From: Mobula hypostoma
Lineage: Eukaryota
DNA: 64,000 nt
Reading direction: 5' to 3'
Assembly: GCF_963921235.1 (NCBI RefSeq)
Contig: NC_086097.1
Coordinates: 128,652,001 to 128,716,000, forward strand
Position 1 is the stretch's first letter. Each line of letters begins with the position of its first letter. The notes beneath the pieces are model-generated. The model worked only from the letters and a program-made list of their open reading frames with translations. It did no database searches and was not told the DNA's origin. Position numbers and translations under genes: made by a program. Below are positions 1-9,816 of this stretch, in pieces.

Positions 1-642
1 TCCCACCACCCCACTAGGAATAGGGTTCCCCTGGTCCTCACCTACCACCCCACCAGCCTCCGGGTCCAACATATTATTCTCCGTAACTTCCGCCACCTCC
101 AACGGGATCCCACCACTAAGCACATCTTTCCCTCCCCCCCTCTCTCTGCATTCCGCAGGGATCGCTCCCTACACAACTCCCTTGTCCATTCGTCCCCCCC
201 ATCCCTCCCCACTGATCTCCCTCCTGGCACTTATCTGTGTAAGCGGAACAAGTGCTACACATGCCCTTACACTTCCTCCCTTACCACCATTCAGGGCCCC
301 AAACAGTCCTTCCAGGTGAGGCATCACTTCACCTGTGAGTCAACTGGGGTGATATACTGCGTCCGGTGCTCCCGATGTGGCCTTTTATATATTGGTGAGA
401 CCCGACGCAGACTGGGAGACCGCTTTGCTGAACATCTACGCTCTGTCCGCCAGAGAAAGCAGGATCTCCCAGTGGCCACACATTTTAATTCCACATCCCA
501 TTCCCATTCTGACATGTCTATCCACGGCCTCCTCTACTGTAAAGATGAAGCCACACTCAGGTTGGAGGAACAACACCTTATATTCCGTCTGGGTAGCCTC
601 CAACCTGATGGCATGAACATCGACTTCTCTAACTTCCGCTAG
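1..642 (+). CDS. PLE RT-GIY-YIG polyprotein, C-terminal 213 aa (partial, no stops or frameshifts)
   Basis: Manual translation of frame 1 is open from base 1 (SHHPTRNRVPLVLTYHP...FRRDRSL...CKRNKCYTC) into ORF 316..642. Confidence 0.88.
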   Translation, partial: SHHPTRNRVPLVLTYHPTSLRVQHIILRNFRHLQRDPTTKHIFPSPPLSAFRRDRSLHNSLVHSSPPSLPTDLPPGTYLCKRNKCYTCPYTSSLTTIQGPKQSFQVRHHFTCESTGVIYCVRCSRCGLLYIGETRRRLGDRFAEHLRSVRQRKQDLPVATHFNSTSHSHSDMSIHGLLYCKDEATLRLEEQHLIFRLGSLQPDGMNIDFSNFR

Positions 643-934
643 GCCCCACCTCCCCCTCGTACCCCATCTGTTACTCATTTTTATGCACACATTCTTTCTC
701 TCACTCTCCTTTTTCTCCCTCTGTCCCTCTGAATATACCTCTTGCCCATCCTCTGGGTCACCCCCCCCCTGTCTTTCTTCCCGGACCTCCTGTCCCATGA
801 TCCTCTCGTATCCCCTTTTGCCTATCACCTGTCCAGCTCTCGGCTCTATCCCTCCCCCTCCTGTCTTCTCCTATCATTTTGCATCTCGCCCTCCCCCTCC
901 TGCTTTCAAATCCCTTACTCACTCTTTCTTCAGT

Positions 935-972
935 TAGTCCTGACGAAGGGTCTCGGCCTGAAACGTCGACTG
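935..972 (+). ncRNA. Minimal type I hammerhead ribozyme in PLE pseudo-LTR
   Basis: Stem I AGTC(936-939)/GACT(968-971); core CTGACGA 940-946; stem II AGG..CCT; GAAA 960-963; GTC cleavage triplet 965-967. Confidence 0.85.
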
Positions 973-1022
973 CACCTCTTCCTATAGATGCTGCTTGGCC
1001 TGCTGCGTTCACCAGCAACTTT

Positions 1023-1660
1023 GAATTGAATTGACTTTATTTCTTACGTCCCTCACATGCATGAGGAGTAAAAATATCTACGTTACGTCTCCCTCTGAAT
1101 GTGCAATGTGCAAATTATGGTAATTTGTAATAAATAGTATATACGGTAAGATAAACAACAGATCAGTCAATATCGCTTAGAAATACGATTGTGTTGGCAT
1201 GAATTAATCAGTCTGATGGCCTGGTGGAAGAAATTATCCTGGAGCCTGTTGGTCCTGGCTATTATGCTGCAGTACTGTTTCCCGGGATGGTAGCAGCTGG
1301 AAAAGTTTGTGGTTGGGGTGACACGGGCCCCAGTGATCCTTCGGGCTCTTTTTACGCACCTGTTGCTGTAAATGTCCTGAATAGTGGGAAGTTCACAGAA
1401 GCGCTGGGCTGGCCACACTACTCCTGCAATTGAGGGAAGTACAGTTCCCATACAACCAGTCAGGATGCTCTTAATTGTGCCCCTGTAGAAAGTCCTTAAG
1501 ATTTGGGGACTTATGCCGAACTTTAACCAGCTGAGGTGAAAGAGGCACGGTGTGCTTTTTCTCGCCACACAGCCGGTACGTACAGACCAAGTGAGGTCCT
1601 CAGTGATGTGTATAATGAGGAACTTAAAGTTGTTCATCCTCTCAACCCCAGATCCATTGG
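1023..1660 (-). mobile_element. Rex1/Babar-clade LINE 3' fragment
   Basis: ORF 1167..1637 FKFL.IHITEDLTWS...LRTFYRGTIKSILTGC...RTNRLQDNFFHQAIRLIN; short-repeat tail near 1023. Confidence 0.8.
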
Positions 1661-2799
1661 TGTGCTTTTCACTTCTTGATTTGTTGACGGAGAATGCTCT
1701 TTAATGATATTGACCAGTTTGACATTCCAGCTGTCAGACGCTAAGGATGCCTGAGAGTGACAGCCATCAGGACAAGAAAAATCCTCTTGGATATCATAGA
1801 GTATAATTCAGAGCTTTCTTTGAGGTCAGCGGGGAGTGGCATTACTTTGCAAATTACACGCAAATATCATTTGCAACCAACAGGTAATTTGTTTAATTCT
1901 GCACCCTAAAAACAAGACAAAGATTAAAATAGTCATGAAGAATAAAATCAAGTTGTCCATCACTACACTGAGCTAAACTTACCCTCAGGGAAACTATGTT
2001 ATGTATGATCAGTATTTTTAATTGACCACATCATACTTTTTGCATGGTAATGACTTCCCACAAAGTTGTTTCCTCTTATAAATAAGCTATGTTTAATAAT
2101 TACTGCATCCCTCTAAAAGATAAATGATTGAAAAGTAAATTATTTCAAATTTGCAATAATATGATATCTTAAGGTAATGTAAAGGTACCAAAGAACAGAC
2201 TCTGATCATGAGTTATGAGATGTTAAACTTACCCATTTACAAGAACAATTAACAGATGAGAATTTCCAGCAATGAAAATAGGATCGATTAATCTACAGTA
2301 CCATGTGTGTATGCAGTGCAAATTATCCTTATTATTATACGTGTGAAGGAACAGGTTTCCACAATGATTGAGAGGGAAATTGTACTTCCGAGAACCTTTA
2401 CACGCCAGCCTGCTTAATTCACAGATAAGTATGTGCTTAAAGAGAGATTCACACCATCAGCTGCATTAAGGAACAGATCACAATTAATGTCAGAATGCTT
2501 CTTAATCCTTTCTTCTCTCTGTTTTATATACTAAAGAATAAATGAATAATCTTGGAAGTGGATAGGAGGCCAGCTGGCTAAAGAAGAGGATGGTTAACAT
2601 CGCCAGGCTCTTTATCAGATCTGTAGTGTTCAGGATGCAGAATTCTTCATTGAAAACTAACAAAGAAAGGAGGGAGAGAAAATATCTGCTCATCCAAAAT
2701 ACTTTTGGGGATTGATGTAGTTATTGACTGCTGCACTGTCAGGATTATTTGAGTAGGTTATTTAAAGAATCATTTAAATAATGAAAAGTTACTGTATTT

Positions 2800-3060
2800 A
2801 TTAAACAGCCCTCACAATCCCAGAGATACTTTTCGGCCAGCCCTTCTAAGTTACACTCTATTGTAACGTACAAAACAGCTCACTCCCACAATACAACAAT
2901 GACAGATAATTTCCTTCTCACTGATGTTGAGTGAGGGATAATATAGGCACCTGGGGAGAGTAATGTCTCCAGATCCTTTATTTCCTCCAAGAACAAATGG
3001 GAACCCTAGATTAATCCTGCATCTGAAATATTTCTTCTGTTCTGCACTAGATTTATACTC
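2800..3060 (-). mobile_element. Degenerate Deu-domain SINE (SacSINE1-like)
   Basis: Reverse complement resembles the copies at 47290 and 61930 (TATCCCTCA..CAACATCA...ATTATCTG...TGTGGGAG). Confidence 0.5.
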
Positions 3061-3130
3061 ACTCCATGGGGATTGGGTGAGGGAAGTGGGGAACAAGATT
3101 TTACCAAGTTAGGTACTGCTTCCAAATCAA

Positions 3131-3453
3131 TGCACAAATATTGCTGGAGGAACTCAGCAGGTCAGACAGGATCTATGGAGGAAAATGAACTGTCAATGTT
3201 TTGGCTGAGACGCCTCATCAGGACTGGAAAAACGTGAGGCAGAAGACACGGTAAAAGAGTGGGTGGAGGGGAAAGAGCAGGAGCTGGCAGATGATACCTG
3301 AATCAAGAGGAGGAAGGGGAAGCGGGAGGGTGGGGGAAGGGAAGAAAGAAGAATAACCTTTTCTTACATAGAAACCGCTGGGCTGCTGACGTACTCCAGC
3401 ATTTTGTGTGTATTGATCCAGATTTACAACATCTGCAGCCTCTCTTGTGTCAA
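3131..3453. mobile_element. Fold-back PLE pseudo-LTR insertion with decayed hammerhead (minus strand, ~3188-3226)
   Basis: PLE tail in opposite orientations at both ends; TSD tgcttccaaatcaa 3117-3130 / tgcttctaaatgaa 3454-3467. Confidence 0.75.
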
Positions 3454-3479
3454 TGCTTCTAAATGAAGGGAACATAAAA

Positions 3480-4180
3480 ACCACAAGACCGTAAGATATG
3501 GAAACAGAATTAGGTCATTTGGCCCATCAAGTCTGCTCCATCATTCCATCATGGTTGATCCATTGCCCTCTCAGCCCCAATCTCCCACCTTCTCCCCATA
3601 TCCCTTCAATCCCTGACTAATCAAGAATCTGTCAACCTCTGCCTTAAGTATACCCAATGATTTGGCCTTGACAGTTGCCTGTGACAATGAATTCCACAGA
3701 TTCACCACTCTCTGGCTAATGAAATTCCTCCTCCTCCTCTGCATGCTAAATGGACTTCCTTCTATTCTGAGGCCATGCCCTCTGGTCCTAGACTCACCAC
3801 TATAGGAAACAACTACTCTATCGACACTTTTCAATATTTGAAAAGTTTCAATCAGATCACTCCTCATTCTTCTAAATTCCGGCAAGTAAAGGGCCAAAGC
3901 CATCCATCAATTGTTCCTCATGCGATAAGCCTTTCATTCCCAGAATCATTCTCGTGAACTTCCTTTAAATTCTCTCCAATGTCATCACATCCTTTCTTAG
4001 GTAAGGCACCTAAAACTGCTCACAATACTGAAAGTGAGGCCTTACCAGTGCCTTATAAAGCCTCAACAGTACATCCTTGCTTTTATATTTTAGTCCTCTT
4101 GAAATTAATGCTAACATTGCATTTGCCTTCCTCACCACCAAATCAACCTGCAAATTAACCTTTAGGGAAACCTGCATGGC
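3480..4180 (-). mobile_element. CR1 LINE 3' fragment
   Basis: ORF 3571..3903 EFRRMRSDLIETFQIL...RTRGHGL...FISQRVVNLWNSL. Confidence 0.88.
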
Positions 4181-4305
4181 TCATGCGGTATCTTGTCCTT
4201 TCACATGGGTGAGAAGAGGATTCGGACCGTCAATCTGTGAGTTATTCCTGGAACTAATATGGTGGGATTACTCAACCCAATGGCTGCCTTTCAGCATTAC
4301 CAAAG

Positions 4306-4592
4306 AGGGGCACCTCAGTAGCATAGTGGTTAGTGTGACACTATTACAGCTCGGGGCATCAAAGTTCAGAGATCAATTCTGCCGTCCTCCTTAAGCAAGT
4401 TTGTACGTTCCTTGTGTGCTCGCAGGTTTCCTCAGGGTGCTCCGGTTTCCTCCCACGCTCCAATTGGCCACCGCAGGTTGTCCCGTCATTAGGCTAAGGT
4501 TAAATCGTGTTAAGTCAGTGGGTTTGCTGGGCAGTGCAGCTCGGGGGCCGGAAGGTCCTATTCCAAGCTGTATCTCCAAATAATTAAATAAG
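4306..4592 (+). mobile_element. tRNA-derived V-SINE-type element
   Basis: A-box TAGCATAGTGG; V-domain GGTTTCCTCAGGGTGCTCCGGTTTCCTCCCAC; CR1-like tail and A-rich end. Confidence 0.75.
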
Positions 4593-4614
4593 TAATGAGT
4601 CGATAGTATTTATT

Positions 4615-4852
4615 TTTTTAATTTAGAGATACAGCACATTAAAAGCCCAATGAGCCTGCTCTGCTCAACTACACCAATGTGACCTACTAACCCATACATC
4701 TTTGGAATATGGGAGGAAACTGGAGCACCCAGAGGACACCTGTGCAATCATGGTGAGAATATACAAGCTCCTTACAAACAGCAGCAGAAATGAACATGGG
4801 TTGCTGCCACCCTCACAGCGAAAACCAAAATGGTATGCTGCCTTGCTGCCCC
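4615..4852 (-). mobile_element. V-SINE-type element
   Basis: TGGGAGGAAACTGGAGCACCCAGAGGA is the reverse complement of the V-domain. Confidence 0.7.
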
Positions 4853-4984
4853 CATTTGTTGTTATGTGGACTGGTGAAGAGAATAGCATTAACATCTCAA
4901 TGAAAAAGCTGCCTACATACATAAAAGGGAAAAGAAAAGAGAGTTATGTTGATAAAACAACATGAAGTGAGATGGGAGATCATT

Positions 4985-5125
4985 CTGTTTGTAAAAGGGC
5001 ATGAAGGGATATGGGAAGAAGGCAGGAGGTTGGGCCTGAGAGGGAAATGGATCAGCCATGATGAAATGGCAGAGCAGACTCGATGGGCCAAATGGCCTAA
5101 TTCTGCTCCTGTATCTTATGGTCTA
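4985..5125 (+). mobile_element. CR1 3' UTR fragment
   Basis: GATGGGCCAAATGGCCTAATTCTGCTCCTGTATCTTATGGTCT, matching the CR1 end at ~55030-55075. Confidence 0.75.
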
Positions 5126-5157
5126 AACTACAGCTTCTTCATGTTAGTATTTTGACT

Positions 5158-5288
5158 CTGTGTGTGTGTGTATGTGTGTGAGAGAGAGAGAGAGAGAAAT
5201 AGAAAGTACATGATTGTGTGTGAGTGTGTATGTTTGCACATCTATGTGTGTGTTTGTCAGTGTATGTCTTTGTAAATGTTTGTATGAG

Positions 5289-5320
<32 letters not shown>

Positions 5321-5460
5321 GGGGGGGATTGGGTGTGTGTGTTAATGGGTCTTTGTTCTTGTGCTAGCTTGTGTGCATGTGCATGCATGTGCACACATGC
5401 ATATGTGGGTTTGTGTGTCTATGCATGTGTATATGGAATTGAGAGTGCGTGTAAGTGTAG
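5158..5460. repeat. Compound (TG)n/(GA)n microsatellite, degenerate
   Basis: Runs of tgtgtg and gagaga. Confidence 0.9.
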
Positions 5461-6059
5461 ATGGCTGAATGCAGACATGTGTGAATTTACATCCATTACA
5501 AAGTGTTAGTTTCATCTGGCTAGTGGCTAGAATATTGGGGATGATCTCCCCATAACAGCTGCTCTGAGGAAATACTTAACCTGCATCCTGAGCATCTGTT
5601 TCTGTTTTACTTCGTTCTCTTGCATTCAGCTTTTCATTACGTCTTCATGAAGATCAAATGTCCTCTTCTTAGAAGAATATCTAGTTTCTCCAACAATTAA
5701 CTAATCATTAATAAAACACTTTCCTTTGAATAATTTGACTCCTAACCACACATTACATAACTTTGTTAGTATATCATTAATTTTGAAGCAAGACTAGAAA
5801 TTTTAGTTCATCTAGTGACAGAGCCTTTAATCCTGAGACTTGTATTGCATGTGTCAGAAGAAACCACTTTTGACAGATTCACAGATCCAGACACTCTTGC
5901 TATTACTACTGCATGCTTCTGAGTTAACCATCATCTCCCTCAATGTCAACTATCAGAGATGTTTCCTTTTCAATGTTACTTTGCCAAAATTACGGCATTT
6001 CAAGTAAACAAAATGTACGTTTCTCTGGAATCTTCAATGCAGCAAAGCCCTCCTGAGAC

Positions 6060-6260
6060 AAATAAGGCATATGGCTAAAGATTTGCCCAAAGAAGTAGCA
6101 AGAGTAAACTTCATGGGAGTAGAGTGAGATAATGAGGCAGAGAAGATTAAGGAGGAAACTCCAGACCTTGGGCCCCTAATAACTGAAGGAATAACTATCA
6201 GAGCATGAGGAATTTATTTCACATGACCAAGAAATGGAATTAAAAGGGCATATATTTTTA
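6060..6260 (-). mobile_element. Old L2-like LINE 3' fragment
   Basis: Approximate reverse complement of the 18470-18790 repeat. Confidence 0.4.
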
Positions 6261-6379
6261 AGATTCTGAGACAGGAAGTGGATTGTAAGAGATGTCATGG
6301 GAAATTATATGATAATTGAGTCACTTTCCTGAGACAATTTTCCCCGAATATATAACATATGGTCTAATTAACATCTAAG

Positions 6380-7082
6380 TACACTCAGTGTCCACTTTAT
6401 AAGGTAGCTACACACATCAAATGCTGGTGAACGCAACTCTTAGGCTGAGCCTTTGGCGTGCCGAGCAACGGCCAGTTATGGAACCCCGAGAGTGGCTCCT
6501 GCAAAGAACCGCAGTCAGCGTGTTACTCCAGGTCAGGGTCTTCAAAATAACCCTGAAAGGGTAAAATAGAGATATTCATCATTATTATTAAGTACCATGT
6601 TGTTTGACATACAGTAGGTGATCATGGTCTAGGACCTTGATCATTCTTGGCAAATGTAATTCTTGGTAAATATAAGGTAGCTCCTGGCCACGGACTGTAT
6701 GTTCAAGGACTACTGCCTTCCTGTCAGCTTGAACCACTCTGGCCATTCTCCTCTCACTTCTCTCATTAACAAGGTGTTTTCACCCACAGAACTGCCACAC
6801 ACTGGATTTTTGTTTTGTTTTGTTTTTTGCACCATTCTTTGTAAACTCTGGAGATTGTTGTGCATGAAAATCCTAGTAGATCTGCAGTTTTTGAGGTATT
6901 CATACCACTCTGTTTTGCACCACAGCAAAGCCACTTGGATCGCATTTATTCCCCATTCTGATGTTTGGTCCAAACAACTAAACCCCTTGACCAGGTCTGC
7001 ATGTTTTCATGCATTGAGTTTCTGACACATGATTAGATATTTGCATTAAGTAGCAGATGTACAGGTGTACCTAATAAAGTAC
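6380..7082. mobile_element. Non-autonomous Tc1/mariner element (interrupted at 6410-6670)
   Basis: Left end TA|CACTCAGTGTCCACTTTATAAGGTA; right end GGTGTACCTAATAAAGT (inverted repeat); Tc1-type internal sequence. Confidence 0.72.
6410..6670 (-). other. Chimeric insertion: 26-nt PLE tail plus inverted copy of 7663-7884, with 12-bp TSD
   Basis: TSD tataaggtagct 6398-6409 / 6671-6682; 6436-6657 is the reverse complement of 7663-7884 (10 mismatches in 222 by hand count). Confidence 0.88.
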
Positions 7083-7284
7083 ACCCAAGCACCATGGGTG
7101 ACCATTCGAATGGACTTGTAATCTAAGAATAATTGTGAATTTGAGAATTAACTATGGTTTATAATCACAAATGTGCTCGTTTGGAAAAGTTTTCTCCTAT
7201 GGTAAAAGTTTCTTAATTGTCTACCAGTATTTAGTGAAGCTTAATTTACACCATTATATTGTTCTTTGTCCTTTCACATAATTA

Positions 7285-7744
7285 AGGTGGTTGGGGGACA
7301 ACTTCAACCCCTGCCGTATAAACTATCCTCATTTTTAATGAAACTAACATAGAACCAGGGTGGAGATACATCTCTCCCAAAAGAAGTGTAAGGTGCTCCT
7401 TCCCTCCGCTAGCCTGTATGTAACCCTTGGGCAAGGTGTAGCACCTGCTTAGCTCCCCCACCACACCCACAGATCAGGGTCATTTGAAGCCATGGGGGCA
7501 GGTGGTGGATGGTCGTATAAGCCCCTAGTTCATATCACGTCTTGGTTGCTTGACTACTGATTTCAGGCAGAATATCTCTGAAGAGCATTGAAAATGGATG
7601 GGGTCACCCATCTTGTAAAGACACTGCCCAGAAGAAGGCAATGGCAAGCCACTTCTGTGGAAACATTTGCTAAGAATGATCAAGGTCATAGACCATGATC
7701 ACCTACTGTATGTCAAACAACATGGCACTTAATAATAATGATGA
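7285..7744 (+). mobile_element. RTE-related non-autonomous retroelement/SINE
   Basis: GAAGGCAATGGCAAGCCACTTCTG resembles the RTE/BovB UTR motif; (AAT/GAT)n tail at 7730-7744. Confidence 0.55.
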
Positions 7745-8490
7745 ATATCTCTATTTTACCCTTTCAGGGTTCTTTTGAAGACCCCGGCCTGGAGTAATAC
7801 GCTGACTGCGGTTCTTTGCAGGAGCCGCTCTCCGGGTTCCATAACTGGCCGTTGCTCGGCATGCCAAAGGCTCAGCCTAAGAGTCCGGCTCGAATGCGGA
7901 AGTCTAGGATCTCGGGGCTCTGGAGACGGGTGGCTCGAGGCTTGGTGTCACTTCAGGAGACCCGTGTGTCATCGGGAGAGTCGGAATATCTGCTGTGTGC
8001 CTGGAGACCCTGGATCTTTGCGATCTTCAGGCACAGAGCTTGTAAAGAGCGAAGTAATAGACTTTTAACATCGTAAACCAATGAGTTGTTTCTTATGTCT
8101 CCCCGCTCGCTGGGAAAATGGAGACACCTCCTTCACCCTTATTAGGGAGAGAGAGAACCTGCGTATGTTGAACACCGGGTGAAACGCGAAGTCTTTAGGG
8201 TAATTGCAATTCTGTGTCTTTGCTGTTGCTTTGCTCACACTTGAGTGCTCGGTGACGGTGCTGATGCTTTTTTTTGCCGGTGGGGGGAGGGGGGATTGTT
8301 GCTCGCTGCCGCTTACGCGCAGGGGGAGGGAGAGCTGCGGGGGGGGGGCTTTGGGCTTCTACCATTTAACTGTTGTTCATTCTTTGGAACACACCTCTGT
8401 TTTCGTGGATGGTTGCAAAGAAAAAGCATTTCATGATGTATATTGTTTACATTTCTCTGCCATTAAATTGTACATTTGAACCTTTGAAGA
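7745..8490 (+). mobile_element. GC/CpG-rich non-coding retroelement with Rex1-like 3' end (family unassigned)
   Basis: CpG-rich body; ends ...tgtttacatttctctgccattaaa...ttgaacctttgaa like Rex1-type tails; no credible ORF. Confidence 0.45.
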
Positions 8491-8504
8491 GAAAACATAA
8501 AACG

Positions 8505-8672
8505 AAGAAAATAGAATGCCACAGCACAGTACAGGCTTTTCAATCTTTTAAGCTACTCTAAGATCTTTCTAACACTTCTGTCCTACATAGCCCTACATTT
8601 TTCTATCATCCATGTGTCTATCTAAGAGTTTCTTTAATGCCCCTAATGTATTTGCCTCTACTACCACCCTGA
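8505..8672 (-). mobile_element. CR1 3' end fragment
   Basis: acagcacagtacaggc...gcctctactaccaccctg, homologous to 9840-10010. Confidence 0.7.
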
Positions 8673-9574
8673 CAATTTTATAAACGTTTAAGGGTTTGCA
8701 CTGGCCAGGCGATACTATTTACCAGCTCCAAATGTGTAAAAAGCCCATAACTACAGAGCTCTCTAGTCTTACAAGTAGGATTTGAATCTAAAACCTTGAG
8801 ATTTAGAAAATGATTTTAATAAATAGTTAACTTCAGTACTTGTAAAAACATATTTTCCGTCAAGAAGTCATTTTAACAGAGAAGCCTTGCATCCAATGCT
8901 GGACACCTTACACAGACTGTCTACCCTTATCAAAAGGGTTTTATTGAATTGATTCCAAGAATAAAAAAATCACTAACATAGACCAACTGGGATTCTTGCT
9001 TTCAGAATAGAGGTAGTTAAAACAAGATCTAATGGCAGTGTTCAAATTTGTGATAGATTTTGACAGAATAAAGAAGGGAAACCTGCTTCTGCAGGAAATT
9101 GGGTGGGAATCAGACGAAGTAACTAGAAAAGAACCAAAGTTCCAGGCAGAGCTTTGAAGATCCTGGCATGAACTGAACAATATTCAATGACAAGTTTTAG
9201 AGAAAATTGCATCTGCCACGTCAGGGATAGGAATGGATTGCTCTTGAAACAAACTAGCATTGACTAAATAGGTTCTTTATCCAAAGTGGAATATTAATAG
9301 AAACAAATGCACAATAAGTAATCTTAAATCTCAAAATACTAATTAGAACATTTATGGATTTGCCCATAGTAGCCTCTTACCAGTTCAGCAGGTGAAAGAG
9401 TAACATTAACGGCTCTGCAAACTTTTAGTATTGGGAAGTCCTTCTTTCAGTTATGTTGGGTCTAAAACTTTTGGGCCTTGATGTTTCCCAAATGTTACAT
9501 CCTACATTCCAAAAATGGAACTGAATAAAAAAAAACATTCAGTCTGATTAGTCCATGACAGTATTTATACTCCA

Positions 9575-9790
9575 CACAGAGTGGATGGTGTCTATGTGAA
9601 TTAGCTGTCAGAGGAAGTAGCTGAAACACATACTAAAACAATTTTTGCATATCAGTTGGACAAGTATACGAATATTAAATACTTAGAATGTAATGGGCCA
9701 AATCTAGGCAAATGAGTCTAGCTTGGACAGGCATCTCAATCAGCATAGACCAGTGGGCTGAATGGCGTTTTTCCATGCTATATGACTCTA
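9575..9790 (+). mobile_element. CR1 3' end fragment
   Basis: cacacagagtgg...gggctgaatggc...tatgactcta. Confidence 0.65.
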
Positions 9791-9816
9791 GGCTCCAATA
9801 CTTTCTCCATCATCTA

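Larger units (their letters stand above)
1..1022 (+). mobile_element. Penelope-like element (Neptune-type), 3' portion: RT-EN linker, GIY-YIG endonuclease, pseudo-LTR with hammerhead; extends beyond the window 5' edge
   Basis: Frame 1 encodes a Zn-knuckle linker (CKRNKCYTC) and GVIYCVRCSRCGLLYIGET..RL..RFAEH, followed by a pyrimidine-rich UTR, hammerhead and tail. Confidence 0.93.

Noticed and set aside
7285..7660. HDV-like ribozyme in the RTE-related element
   Set aside because: RTE 5' UTRs can carry one, but I could not assign a consistent P1/P1.1/P2/P3 pseudoknot by hand; needs an RNArobo or Infernal scan
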